Positions 56,121-64,000 of a stretch of 64,000 nt of DNA are shown here, piece after piece. Positions within the stretch are counted from its first letter, which is position 1, and each line of letters opens with the position of its first letter. Source of the DNA: an uncultured Anaerolineaceae bacterium (GTDB lineage Bacteria; Chloroflexota; Anaerolineae; Anaerolineales; Anaerolineaceae); the NCBI GenBank assembly GCA_964593905.1, contig CAZQLE010000002.1, positions 3,387 to 67,386 on the forward strand. The letters are read 5' to 3'. Both the position numbers and the translations under genes were made by a program. The notes under the pieces are model-generated. The model was given only the letters and a program-made list of their open reading frames with translations, was not told the origin of the DNA and did not search any database.

Positions 56121-57938
56121 ATGTCTAACCAGCCCGTTGGGCAGATCACCAATGATTTTTGTATCACTTTTTCAACGATTAATGGGTCGGGTAGTGCAAC
56201 TGCCAATACGATCCTAATGAGGGCCTTGTTTCGCATGGGAATTCCCGTTTCAGGGAAAAACATCTTTCCATCGAATATCCAGGGATTGCCCACCTGGTTT
56301 ACCTTGCGGGTGAATAAAGATGGTTACCTGGCGAGGGTTGAGAAAGATGATATTTTGATTGCAATGAATCCCACTACGATTGCAAAAGAATACCAGTATA
56401 TTGTTCCGGGTGGTGTCTTGCTTTATCCGGATGATATCAAAGTGGAAATTCCGCGCGATGATATCACCATCTATACCATGCCGGTCAAGCAATTGATCAA
56501 ACAGCAGGAAGTTCAGCCCAAAATGCGCGATTATGTCGCTAATATGGTTTATGTGGGAATTCTTGCACAGGTGCTGGGAATTGAGTTTGGCCACTTGCAA
56601 AATTCGGTTGAAACACAGTTTAAGGGTAAGAAAAATGCAGTAGAGGCGAATATGAAGATCATCTCTGCTGCTTATGAGTGGGCGGTCGTAAACATCCAGA
56701 AGAAAGATCCCTATCAGGTTGAAATGATGCATGAGACCGATGGCTGGGTGATGATGGATGGCAACACGGCAGGTGCTCTGGGCTCAATTTTTGGCGGGGT
56801 TCAGTTTGTGGGATGGTATCCGATTACCCCGGCCTCCAGTCTGGCAGAGGCCTTGCATGAATATATTCCGGTTTTTCGCAAAGATCCGGTTGAAGAGGGC
56901 CGTGAAACCTGTGTAATTGTTCAGGCCGAAGATGAATTGGCCGCGATTGGCATGGTGGTAGGCGCCGGCTGGGGTGGGCTGCGGGCGATGACCTCAACCT
57001 CGGGGCCGGGAATTAGCCTGATGTCGGAATATCTGGGGCTGGCGTATTATACAGAAGTGCCGGTGGTTGTGTGGAATGTGCAGCGGGTTGGACCCAGCAC
57101 AGGCATGCCCACCCGAACCGCCCAGGGCGATATTACCCAGGCCTATTTCAACAGCCACGGCGATACCAGCTATATCATGCTTTTCCCCAGTTCTTTGAAA
57201 GAAGCTTTTGAAATGGGCTGGAAGGCATTTGATATTGCTGAAAGGATGCAAATGCCGGTCATGGTCATGTCGGATCTGGATCTGGGCATGAACCAATGGA
57301 TTTCTCCGCCATTTGAATACCCGGATCAGCCAATGGATCGTGGCAAAATACTGTGGGAAAAGGACCTGGATGCTTTTCTTGAAAAACGGGGCGAATGGGG
57401 CCGTTATCTGGATGTGGATGGAGACGGCATCCCGTATCGTACTCTGCCAGGAAACCGCCACCCGAAAAGCGCTTATTTTTGCCGGGGCACCGGGCATGAT
57501 GAGTATGCCAAATATAGCGAAGAATCGGAAGTTTGGGAGCGGGTTCTCAGCCGGCTGGAAAAGAAATATCGCAATGCGGTAAACTACACCCCCCGGCCAG
57601 TGGTTTCCACCATGGAGGGGGCGAAGATAGGGATCATTGCCTACGGGTCTACTGAACCGGCTGTGGAAGAAGCGCGGGCTCACTTGAAAACGGCCGGGGT
57701 GCCGACCGATTTTCTGCGGATTTGCTCGCTTCCGTTCCATGATGAAGTACGCGAGTTTATCGCAAATCACGATCAGGTCTATGTGGTTGAAATTAACCGC
57801 GATGGTCAAATGAAGCAACTGTTGACTTTGTATGCACCAGAATTGGCAACGCATCTGATCAAAGTGGCGCATATTGATGGTTTGCCGTTGACCGCCCGCT
57901 GGATAAAAGATGAGATCATGTTACAGGAGGAGAAGTAA
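56121..57938 (+). CDS. korA: 2-oxoacid:ferredoxin oxidoreductase alpha subunit (gamma-alpha fusion)
   Basis: Gamma-like N-terminus (GSGSATANTIL...SNIQGLP) and alpha domain (GWYPITPAS, EDELAAIGMVVGA). Confidence 0.85.
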   Translation: MSNQPVGQITNDFCITFSTINGSGSATANTILMRALFRMGIPVSGKNIFPSNIQGLPTWFTLRVNKDGYLARVEKDDILIAMNPTTIAKEYQYIVPGGVLLYPDDIKVEIPRDDITIYTMPVKQLIKQQEVQPKMRDYVANMVYVGILAQVLGIEFGHLQNSVETQFKGKKNAVEANMKIISAAYEWAVVNIQKKDPYQVEMMHETDGWVMMDGNTAGALGSIFGGVQFVGWYPITPASSLAEALHEYIPVFRKDPVEEGRETCVIVQAEDELAAIGMVVGAGWGGLRAMTSTSGPGISLMSEYLGLAYYTEVPVVVWNVQRVGPSTGMPTRTAQGDITQAYFNSHGDTSYIMLFPSSLKEAFEMGWKAFDIAERMQMPVMVMSDLDLGMNQWISPPFEYPDQPMDRGKILWEKDLDAFLEKRGEWGRYLDVDGDGIPYRTLPGNRHPKSAYFCRGTGHDEYAKYSEESEVWERVLSRLEKKYRNAVNYTPRPVVSTMEGAKIGIIAYGSTEPAVEEARAHLKTAGVPTDFLRICSLPFHDEVREFIANHDQVYVVEINRDGQMKQLLTLYAPELATHLIKVAHIDGLPLTARWIKDEIMLQEEK

Positions 57939-57940
57939 TT

Positions 57941-58981
57941 ATGGCTGCTCCGTTAAATGCTAATGTACAGGTCAATCTGGTGAATTTAAGCCGGCAAGAC
58001 TATAAGGGCGCTCCGAGCACCCTGTGCCAGGGGTGTGGTCATAATTCAATTGCTGCACAACTGGTGGCGGCGCTGTATGAGTTGAACATCATTCCTGAAG
58101 ATGTGGTCAAATTTAGCGGGATCGGATGTTCCAGCAAAAGCCCCACCTATTTTCTGTCACGATCGTTTTCGTTCAATGGCCTGCACGGGCGCATGCCTTC
58201 GCTGGCCCTGGGCGGGTTGTTTGCCGACTACACCTTAAAAGGTATCGGCGTAAGCGGCGATGGTGACACGGCCAGTATTGGCATGGGACAATTCAAGCAC
58301 CTTGTGCGCCGCAACATCCCGATGGTGTATATTGTTGAAAACAATGGGGTGTATGGCTTGACCAAGGGCCAGTTTGCACCCACGGCTGAAAAGGGTCTGA
58401 AGTTGAAGAAACAGGGCATTAACCTTTATCTGCCGGTGGATATTTGCATGGAGGCCCTGGTCGCCAACGCAACCTTTGTGGCACGCTCTTTTGCCGGCGA
58501 TCCAAAACAGGTTAAAGAACTGCTTAAAGCGGCTATCAGTCATCGCGGTATTGCGGTGCTTGATATCATCAGCCCGTGTGTTACCTTCCACAACCATGAT
58601 GATTCTGTTCACTCTTATGTGGGAGGTAAAAATGCAGAGATCCAGTTGCATGATATTACCTATGTGCCGGCGCGCGACGAAATCACCATCGATGATTATG
58701 AAGAGGGCGAAGTCAAAGATGTTGAGCTGCACGATGGCTCCGTGGTCCGCTTGAAAAAATTGGAACAAGATTACGATCCTACGAATGTGCATCAGGCTTT
58801 GCGGGCGCTTGAAGAGGCTGAAAATCGGCAGGAACTGCTTACCGGTTTGATTTATGTGGATACCCGCTACCAATCGATGTACGATTTGTATGCGATGCCC
58901 ACCACACCCTTGAACCGTTTGACCGAAGACCGCTTGCGCCCGCCGCGCGAGGCGATGGATCAGTTAAATTCAATGTTCTAA
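57941..58981 (+). CDS. korB: 2-oxoacid:ferredoxin oxidoreductase beta subunit (TPP-binding)
   Basis: CQGCGH and GVSGDGDTASIGMGQ...ENNGVYGLTKGQ. Confidence 0.9.
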   Translation: MAAPLNANVQVNLVNLSRQDYKGAPSTLCQGCGHNSIAAQLVAALYELNIIPEDVVKFSGIGCSSKSPTYFLSRSFSFNGLHGRMPSLALGGLFADYTLKGIGVSGDGDTASIGMGQFKHLVRRNIPMVYIVENNGVYGLTKGQFAPTAEKGLKLKKQGINLYLPVDICMEALVANATFVARSFAGDPKQVKELLKAAISHRGIAVLDIISPCVTFHNHDDSVHSYVGGKNAEIQLHDITYVPARDEITIDDYEEGEVKDVELHDGSVVRLKKLEQDYDPTNVHQALRALEEAENRQELLTGLIYVDTRYQSMYDLYAMPTTPLNRLTEDRLRPPREAMDQLNSMF

Positions 58982-58997
58982 CCAGAAAACAAATATG

Positions 58998-59040
58998 CAA
59001 AACCGGGGCTGATTGAGCAACCCCGGTTTTGTATTTTTAT
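58998..59040 (+). terminator. korAB terminator
   Basis: CAAAACCGGGG-12 nt-CCCCGGTTTTG followed by TATTTTTAT. Confidence 0.75.
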
Positions 59041-59102
59041 TTGCCATTTTTTGAAGCCGCCCTTCGCACTGCAAGCTGCATTGCGGCAAGTATTTCCAGG
59101 GT

Positions 59103-59957
59103 TTATGAATCACCCAGCGCGATTGGACGTTCGGGATCCCTTATCCATTCACTCCATGAACCCAGATATAAACGGGGGATGGGGAGACCCACGGCCGCCA
59201 GAGAGGCCAGATGATGGCACGAGGTTACCCCCGAGCCACAATAAACAACCACTTCCCTGGGCTGCGGGCTGCGAAGAAGGGGGGCAAATTCCTCTTCAAT
59301 TTGCTGTGGGGTTTTCCAGTATCCATCTGCGGTGAGATTATTGGCGTGGAAACGGTTGATTGCTCCGGGAATATGCCCGGCGATTGGGTCAATGGGTTCC
59401 ATTTCACCCCGGTAACGTTCAGGGGCCCGCGCATCAATCAGCAAGAGGTCCGGAGCGCCTAATCTCGCGTTTAATTCCAGAGTGGAGATCAGCAGCTCTG
59501 TTTTGGGTTGAAACACGGGAACCGGAGCCGAATAGCGAATGGTCATGCCTTTTTCAAGCGGCAGATGATTATTTTGCCAGGCAGCGAATGAGCCATTCAG
59601 AATGACTGGGTGCGCGTAGCCAAAATAACGCAGCAACCACCACAGCCTGACCGCCATTGACCCGCCGCTGGTATCATAGACCACAACCTGATCTTCAGGC
59701 TGAATGCCCCAGGCTGAAATTGTCCGGGCAAACTCACCCGCTTCTGGCAGGGGATGCCGCCCCGATTGGGGTGTTTTGGGGCCGGCCAGGTTTTTATCCA
59801 GATCGGCGTAAACAGCCCCAGGGATGTGACCCTGTTGATAATCCTGCAATCCCCAATCGGGATCCTTCAAATCAAAGCGACAATCAACGATTGAAAGCCC
59901 CGGCTGCCCGAGTTTTTCGTTGAGTTCACTGACCGAGATCAAAGTCTCATGCTTCAT
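59103..59957 (-). CDS. sseA: 3-mercaptopyruvate/thiosulfate sulfurtransferase (two rhodanese domains)
   Basis: Active-site loop VVYCGSGVTSCH. Start MKHETL overlaps the upstream stop by 11 nt. The track N-terminal extension overlaps the upstream gene. Confidence 0.8.
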   Translation of the reverse strand: MKHETLISVSELNEKLGQPGLSIVDCRFDLKDPDWGLQDYQQGHIPGAVYADLDKNLAGPKTPQSGRHPLPEAGEFARTISAWGIQPEDQVVVYDTSGGSMAVRLWWLLRYFGYAHPVILNGSFAAWQNNHLPLEKGMTIRYSAPVPVFQPKTELLISTLELNARLGAPDLLLIDARAPERYRGEMEPIDPIAGHIPGAINRFHANNLTADGYWKTPQQIEEEFAPLLRSPQPREVVVYCGSGVTSCHHLASLAAVGLPIPRLYLGSWSEWIRDPERPIALGDS

Positions 59958-61092
59958 GTTCTTTTCCAGGTTGGATTTGAAAGCCATATGTGCGGTGGCG
60001 CTTATACCAGGTGACCCCGAGATTTTCCATATCACATTTGCTGCGATAATTTCTCTCATCGATCTGGATAAACTCGACCCGTTCAAACCCGTATTCACAC
60101 AAGGTTCTGGCGAGTTCAGCGTAGAGAAAATAATTCGCACCCAGTCCCTGGGCGCTGGGAAGCAGCCCTACACTGTTGATATCCCCCATTTTTGAGGTTC
60201 GTTTTTCTCTCATCAAATGATACCAACCCCAGGGGAAGATTTTGCCCTTGCACTTTTGAAGCGCACGACTGAGATTGGGATAGGCCAGGATGAAGCCGAC
60301 CACCTCATTGTTTTTTTTGATTAATTTAACCAATTTTGGTTCAGCCACCGCTATGAGATTTGCCGCCAGTGCTTCAAATTCTTCTTGTGTCGATGGGTAG
60401 TACCCAGGGTTGTTTTTAAATGCTTCGTGGTGCACCGGTTCGAGAATTGGAATCCATTGTTCCATCCCTTTTTTTGAGGAGAAGCTGACGATCTCAAAAT
60501 TTCCCCGCTGCTTTACTTTTTCTACAACCAGCTTTACCCGGTCGGATAGTTCGATATCTTTATCTGCATACCCTGAATAATAATCGGTAACTTTGGTAAA
60601 GCCGTATTCTGTGAGCAGGTGGTCATAATAAGGGTGGTTGTAGCTGATCCCCATTGCAGGCAGATGATCGAACCCATCGACCAACAACCCAGCACAGGAA
60701 CTGCGCGAAAATCCCCGGGGGCCATAAACTTCCGTCAGCCCTTTTTCTGCGGCCCATTGAACGGCTGCGTCCAACAGCAGGCGCGCAACGTCAGCGTTTT
60801 CAATACAATCGAAATAATAAAAAAATGCAGTTTTGGAGTGATGATAATCGTTATAAAACCGGTTGTTTAGCACAGCAATGCGGCCCAGCGTTTGCCGGGC
60901 CTGATGGACGATAAAAAAAGCAGCCTCGGAGTGTTTGTAGAAAGGGTGTCGATTGATATCAAAAATCTGCTCAAGCTCACCAGAAAGGGGCGGCACCCAG
61001 TAGGGTGAGGTCTGGTAAAGCTCAAATGGAAAATGGATGAATGCCTTAACGTTCTTTTTGTCACCGGGGTCGACTCTGGTCAATTCAAGCAT
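59947..61092 (-). CDS. Hypothetical protein, possibly a GNAT-fold acyltransferase (381 aa)
   Basis: The N-terminal pattern FPFELYQTSPYWVPPL recalls a family annotated as N-acetyltransferase. Weak call. Confidence 0.4.
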   Translation of the reverse strand: MLELTRVDPGDKKNVKAFIHFPFELYQTSPYWVPPLSGELEQIFDINRHPFYKHSEAAFFIVHQARQTLGRIAVLNNRFYNDYHHSKTAFFYYFDCIENADVARLLLDAAVQWAAEKGLTEVYGPRGFSRSSCAGLLVDGFDHLPAMGISYNHPYYDHLLTEYGFTKVTDYYSGYADKDIELSDRVKLVVEKVKQRGNFEIVSFSSKKGMEQWIPILEPVHHEAFKNNPGYYPSTQEEFEALAANLIAVAEPKLVKLIKKNNEVVGFILAYPNLSRALQKCKGKIFPWGWYHLMREKRTSKMGDINSVGLLPSAQGLGANYFLYAELARTLCEYGFERVEFIQIDERNYRSKCDMENLGVTWYKRHRTYGFQIQPGKEHEA

Positions 61093-61099
61093 TTAGGTT

Positions 61100-62644
61100 T
61101 TATCCTGGATTTGAAGGGATGTCTCCCCAATTATACTCTCGATATGCATCTAAAAATACGGATACAACCTGGGGGTCGAAATGTGTGCCGGCGTTTGCGC
61201 AGATATACCCCACCACATTGTCTTCGGGCCAACCGGGGCGGTATCGTCGATCTGAGCGCAGGCCATCCCAAACATCCACCACACTGAACAGACGCGCTTC
61301 AATGGGTATTTCTTCTTCTTTTAACCGCCGCGGGTAACCCCGGCCATCCCAGCGCTCGTGGTGACAGAGGGGGATGTTAATGGCCGGGGCAAGGTATGGA
61401 ATGGGTGACAGAATTTGATAGGCATATTCAGGGTGCCGGCGCATAACAATCCATTCATCATCTGATAGCGGCCCGTTTTTTAACAGGATGCTGTCTGGAA
61501 TGGCGATTTTCCCTATATCATGCAAGAGTGCGCCGTATCGAACATGATTGAGATGTTCGTTTTGAATTCCAAAACGACGGGCCAGGTTGGTGGTGATATC
61601 CACCACGCGCAGGGTGTGATATTCGGTTTCATCATCCCGCAATTCCAACGCTTTCGACCAGCCCAGCAGGGTTTTATCATATGCATCCTGTAATGCCTGA
61701 TTGGATGCTTTTAAATCACGCAGCAGGCGGGCGTTGTGAATTGCGATTCCGGCCTGATCTGAAAAAGCCTGCAAGCGGTGCGCCATATCCATTGAGAAGA
61801 AACCGGGCACAGAGCTGTTCAGGTTTACAAACCCGATGATGCTATCTCGAATACGAATGGGCGCGCTTGCATAGGATTTGATCCAGGAGGATTCGCGAAA
61901 GGGCAGCCAGTCGGGGTCGGCATTGGTAAACGGGATGACGATCGGTTTGCACTCGTAGTACATTTTTCGCAGTGTCGGGGTGTAGTCGATGCGAAAGGAG
62001 ATTCTTTTAAGCCATTTTTCGATGCGCGGGTTATTGTATCCGCGAACCGCGATGATGTGTACGGTACGTTGATCATCATCCACCAGCATAATCTGGGATG
62101 TCTCGTTGGGCACCACATGACTGACGTTTTCCAGAATCCGTTCCAGCACGGTGTCAAAGTCGAGGCTGCTGTTTAAAACTGCCGCGGTGTCCCGCAGCGC
62201 ATCGAGCAAGGAATCTTCGCGCTGATAGAAAGGGGTGAGAACAGTGCTGGGTAGAGGACGGTAATTTGTGAGGATCGCAATGGTATTGAATACTTCCACC
62301 GATTTGGAACATGCATCCACTGTAAACTCATTGCCTGTGACACAGGTGGCTGTGAATTGATAGCGGGCGCTGTGAATTTTTCCGCTTAATAAATCACAAT
62401 TGACCTGATCAATTTCGAGATTTGATTGCTGTGAGGCCGCTGTGGAAGGCACTATCGCCGGTCCACCGCGGTTTATACCGAACAAATCATAGTAAGCCTG
62501 GTTTGCGAATAGTATTCGGTTTGCAGTGTGTAAACAAATTGCATCAATGTTTTGATCAACGATGAGGCGATAGAAATGATCGTTTGACTCATTTGCCGCC
62601 CGAATCCTACGGTTTGATGTTCTGCGTTGATTAAAGTTCTGCAT
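61100..62644 (-). CDS. PAS-GAF-HD-GYP signalling protein (putative c-di-GMP phosphodiesterase)
   Basis: HDIGKIAIPDSIL and HHERWDGRGYP, with N-terminal PAS-like and GAF-like regions. Confidence 0.8.
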   Translation of the reverse strand: MQNFNQRRTSNRRIRAANESNDHFYRLIVDQNIDAICLHTANRILFANQAYYDLFGINRGGPAIVPSTAASQQSNLEIDQVNCDLLSGKIHSARYQFTATCVTGNEFTVDACSKSVEVFNTIAILTNYRPLPSTVLTPFYQREDSLLDALRDTAAVLNSSLDFDTVLERILENVSHVVPNETSQIMLVDDDQRTVHIIAVRGYNNPRIEKWLKRISFRIDYTPTLRKMYYECKPIVIPFTNADPDWLPFRESSWIKSYASAPIRIRDSIIGFVNLNSSVPGFFSMDMAHRLQAFSDQAGIAIHNARLLRDLKASNQALQDAYDKTLLGWSKALELRDDETEYHTLRVVDITTNLARRFGIQNEHLNHVRYGALLHDIGKIAIPDSILLKNGPLSDDEWIVMRRHPEYAYQILSPIPYLAPAINIPLCHHERWDGRGYPRRLKEEEIPIEARLFSVVDVWDGLRSDRRYRPGWPEDNVVGYICANAGTHFDPQVVSVFLDAYREYNWGDIPSNPG

Positions 62645-62721
62645 AGTCTCTTTGCGACTTATTCTGTGGGCATATGATTTGTTACGTCGCTAAGATGCAA
62701 GATCCTTGCCAGACAGGGTCA

Positions 62722-62766
62722 TTAAAATAAAAGCAACGCCCGGTGTAGAAATCTCCGGGCGTTGCT
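62722..62766 (-). terminator. pyk terminator
   Basis: AGCAACGCCCGG-11 nt-CCGGGCGTTGCT perfect 12-bp stem followed on the minus strand by TTTTATTTT. Confidence 0.75.
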
Positions 62767-62770
62767 CTGT

Positions 62771-64000
62771 TTACAGGCGTTCTCCAATTGTATGCAGCAG
62801 TGTGAAATTGGGCGGACGGGTTGCCCCAACCGGAAAGCCCGAAATCATGATGATCTGGTCTCCTGGCTTGAGGGTGGTCGAACCAATAATTGCCTGATCC
62901 ACAACATCCAACATTGTCTCAACATTGGCTGCAAAAGGCACCATATAGGAACGGGTGCCCCAGTAAAGACCCATGCGGTGGTAGGTATCTTCTTCAGGCG
63001 TGAATGCCAAAATTGGCGCTTTGGGGCGGGCATTTGCCATCAGTTCGGCGGTGCGTCCGGTCTGGGTAAAAACTGCGATGCCGACCACATCGCGGTCATT
63101 GGCCAGTTCTTTGGCAGCACGGGTGATGGCGGTTGCATCATCCATATTGATATTTTCGAGCACAAGGTTCCGCCCCCAGGCGTTAAAATGGGTTTCTGCC
63201 TCGACCACAATTTGATGCATCATACGAATGGTCTCGACCGGGTAGGTCCCCATTGCCGTTTCGCCCGAGAGCATCACCGCACCGGTGCCATCGAAGATTG
63301 CATTGGCAACATCTGATGCCTCTGCGCGGGTTGGGCGCGGACTGGAGATCATCGATTCAAGCATTTGCGTGGCGGTGATCACAAGTTTTGCGTTCCGGTT
63401 TGCGGCCTGGATAATCTCTTTTTGGATAATTGGGACAGATGAAGGTGAGGTCTCCACCCCAAGATCGCCGCGGGCAACCATCACCCCGTCTGTGCCTTCA
63501 AGGATTTCATTCAGGTTGCAAATGGCCTCGGGGCGTTCCAGTTTGGCAATGATCGGCGTATCCTCTCGACCGGGGCAAAGAACCCGAATGGCAGTGCGCA
63601 GACTTTGCACATCTTTGCCGCTGCGCACAAACGATAACGCAATATAATCAACGCCTTGATCCAGACCAAACTTCAGATCTACAAGGTCTTTTTCGGTAAG
63701 CGATTGGATTTTTAAATTAACGCCCGGTAGATTGACACCTTTGTGTGATTTTAAAACCCCCGGCAAAATTACCTCTGCCTCGATATACTGGCGCGCTACC
63801 GACAGGACCCGCAGTTCCAATTTTCCGTCATCCAGCAGGATCCGATCGTCGATGCGGAGTGAGTTGACCAGATTGGGCACTTCCAGCGGCAAGAGCAGGG
63901 CTTCTTTAAGGTTGAGAATATCTTCTGGATGAGTATCTAGCGAAGTGAGAAAAACCCGTTGGTGTAATTCAAGTTTTACGCCTTCCGCGGGTAAAGTTCC
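62771..64000 (-). CDS. pyk: Pyruvate kinase, 5' end outside the window
   Basis: MVARGDLGVE, ITATQMLESM, and the C-terminal regulatory domain. The frame stays open from the track start 63892 to base 64000 (GTLPAEGVKLELHQRVFLTS...). Confidence 0.9.
   Translation of the reverse strand, partial: GTLPAEGVKLELHQRVFLTSLDTHPEDILNLKEALLLPLEVPNLVNSLRIDDRILLDDGKLELRVLSVARQYIEAEVILPGVLKSHKGVNLPGVNLKIQSLTEKDLVDLKFGLDQGVDYIALSFVRSGKDVQSLRTAIRVLCPGREDTPIIAKLERPEAICNLNEILEGTDGVMVARGDLGVETSPSSVPIIQKEIIQAANRNAKLVITATQMLESMISSPRPTRAEASDVANAIFDGTGAVMLSGETAMGTYPVETIRMMHQIVVEAETHFNAWGRNLVLENINMDDATAITRAAKELANDRDVVGIAVFTQTGRTAELMANARPKAPILAFTPEEDTYHRMGLYWGTRSYMVPFAANVETMLDVVDQAIIGSTTLKPGDQIIMISGFPVGATRPPNFTLLHTIGERL

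Noticed and set aside
1-64000. Prophage, integron, transposon, CRISPR-Cas, restriction-modification or toxin-antitoxin loci; tRNA or rRNA genes.
   Set aside because: I saw no integrase, transposase, Cas, methyltransferase or nuclease signatures, no repeat-spacer arrays and no tRNA-like GGTTCGAATCC arms. The Fic remnant is the only accessory-type relic.

Overview
This is a 64-kb chromosomal window with about 55 genes and no rRNA, tRNA, CRISPR array, transposase or integrase. Gene content suggests an anaerobic, ferredoxin-centred, Chloroflexota-like bacterium; the taxon is inference only. Evidence for that content: two tungsten-type aldehyde:ferredoxin oxidoreductases, 2-oxoacid:ferredoxin oxidoreductase korAB, a glycine-cleavage operon behind a tandem glycine riboswitch, and a glmS ribozyme.

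Recognisable genes include alaS, pepA, gcvH-PA-PB, zur-znuCB, glmS, nuoB-nuoCD-nuoI, mrp, korAB, sseA and pyk (5' end outside the window).

The strongest candidate for an undescribed system is a tightly coupled minus-strand cluster at 23912-33932. It runs Ycf46-like AAA+ ATPase, HEAT/WD40 protein, GrpE-like, non-canonical Hsp70, DUF1257, DUF2997, an orphan NrdG-like radical-SAM activase, and a second paralogous HEAT/WD40 protein.

Other items worth a second look:
- a rhodanese gene interrupted by an in-frame UGA followed by a SECIS-like hairpin (candidate selenoprotein)
- a 48-aa orphan Flp pilin gene absent from the ORF track
- a glmS ribozyme with a 63-nt two-hairpin insertion
- a 5'-truncated Fic gene
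- a nuoB-CD-I-only module followed by a Cys-rich ORF and mrp
- a possible ferredoxin-linked polyamine catabolic locus
- a TPR plus C25/caspase-fold peptidase gene pair

All functional calls come from motif recognition by eye. No searches were run.
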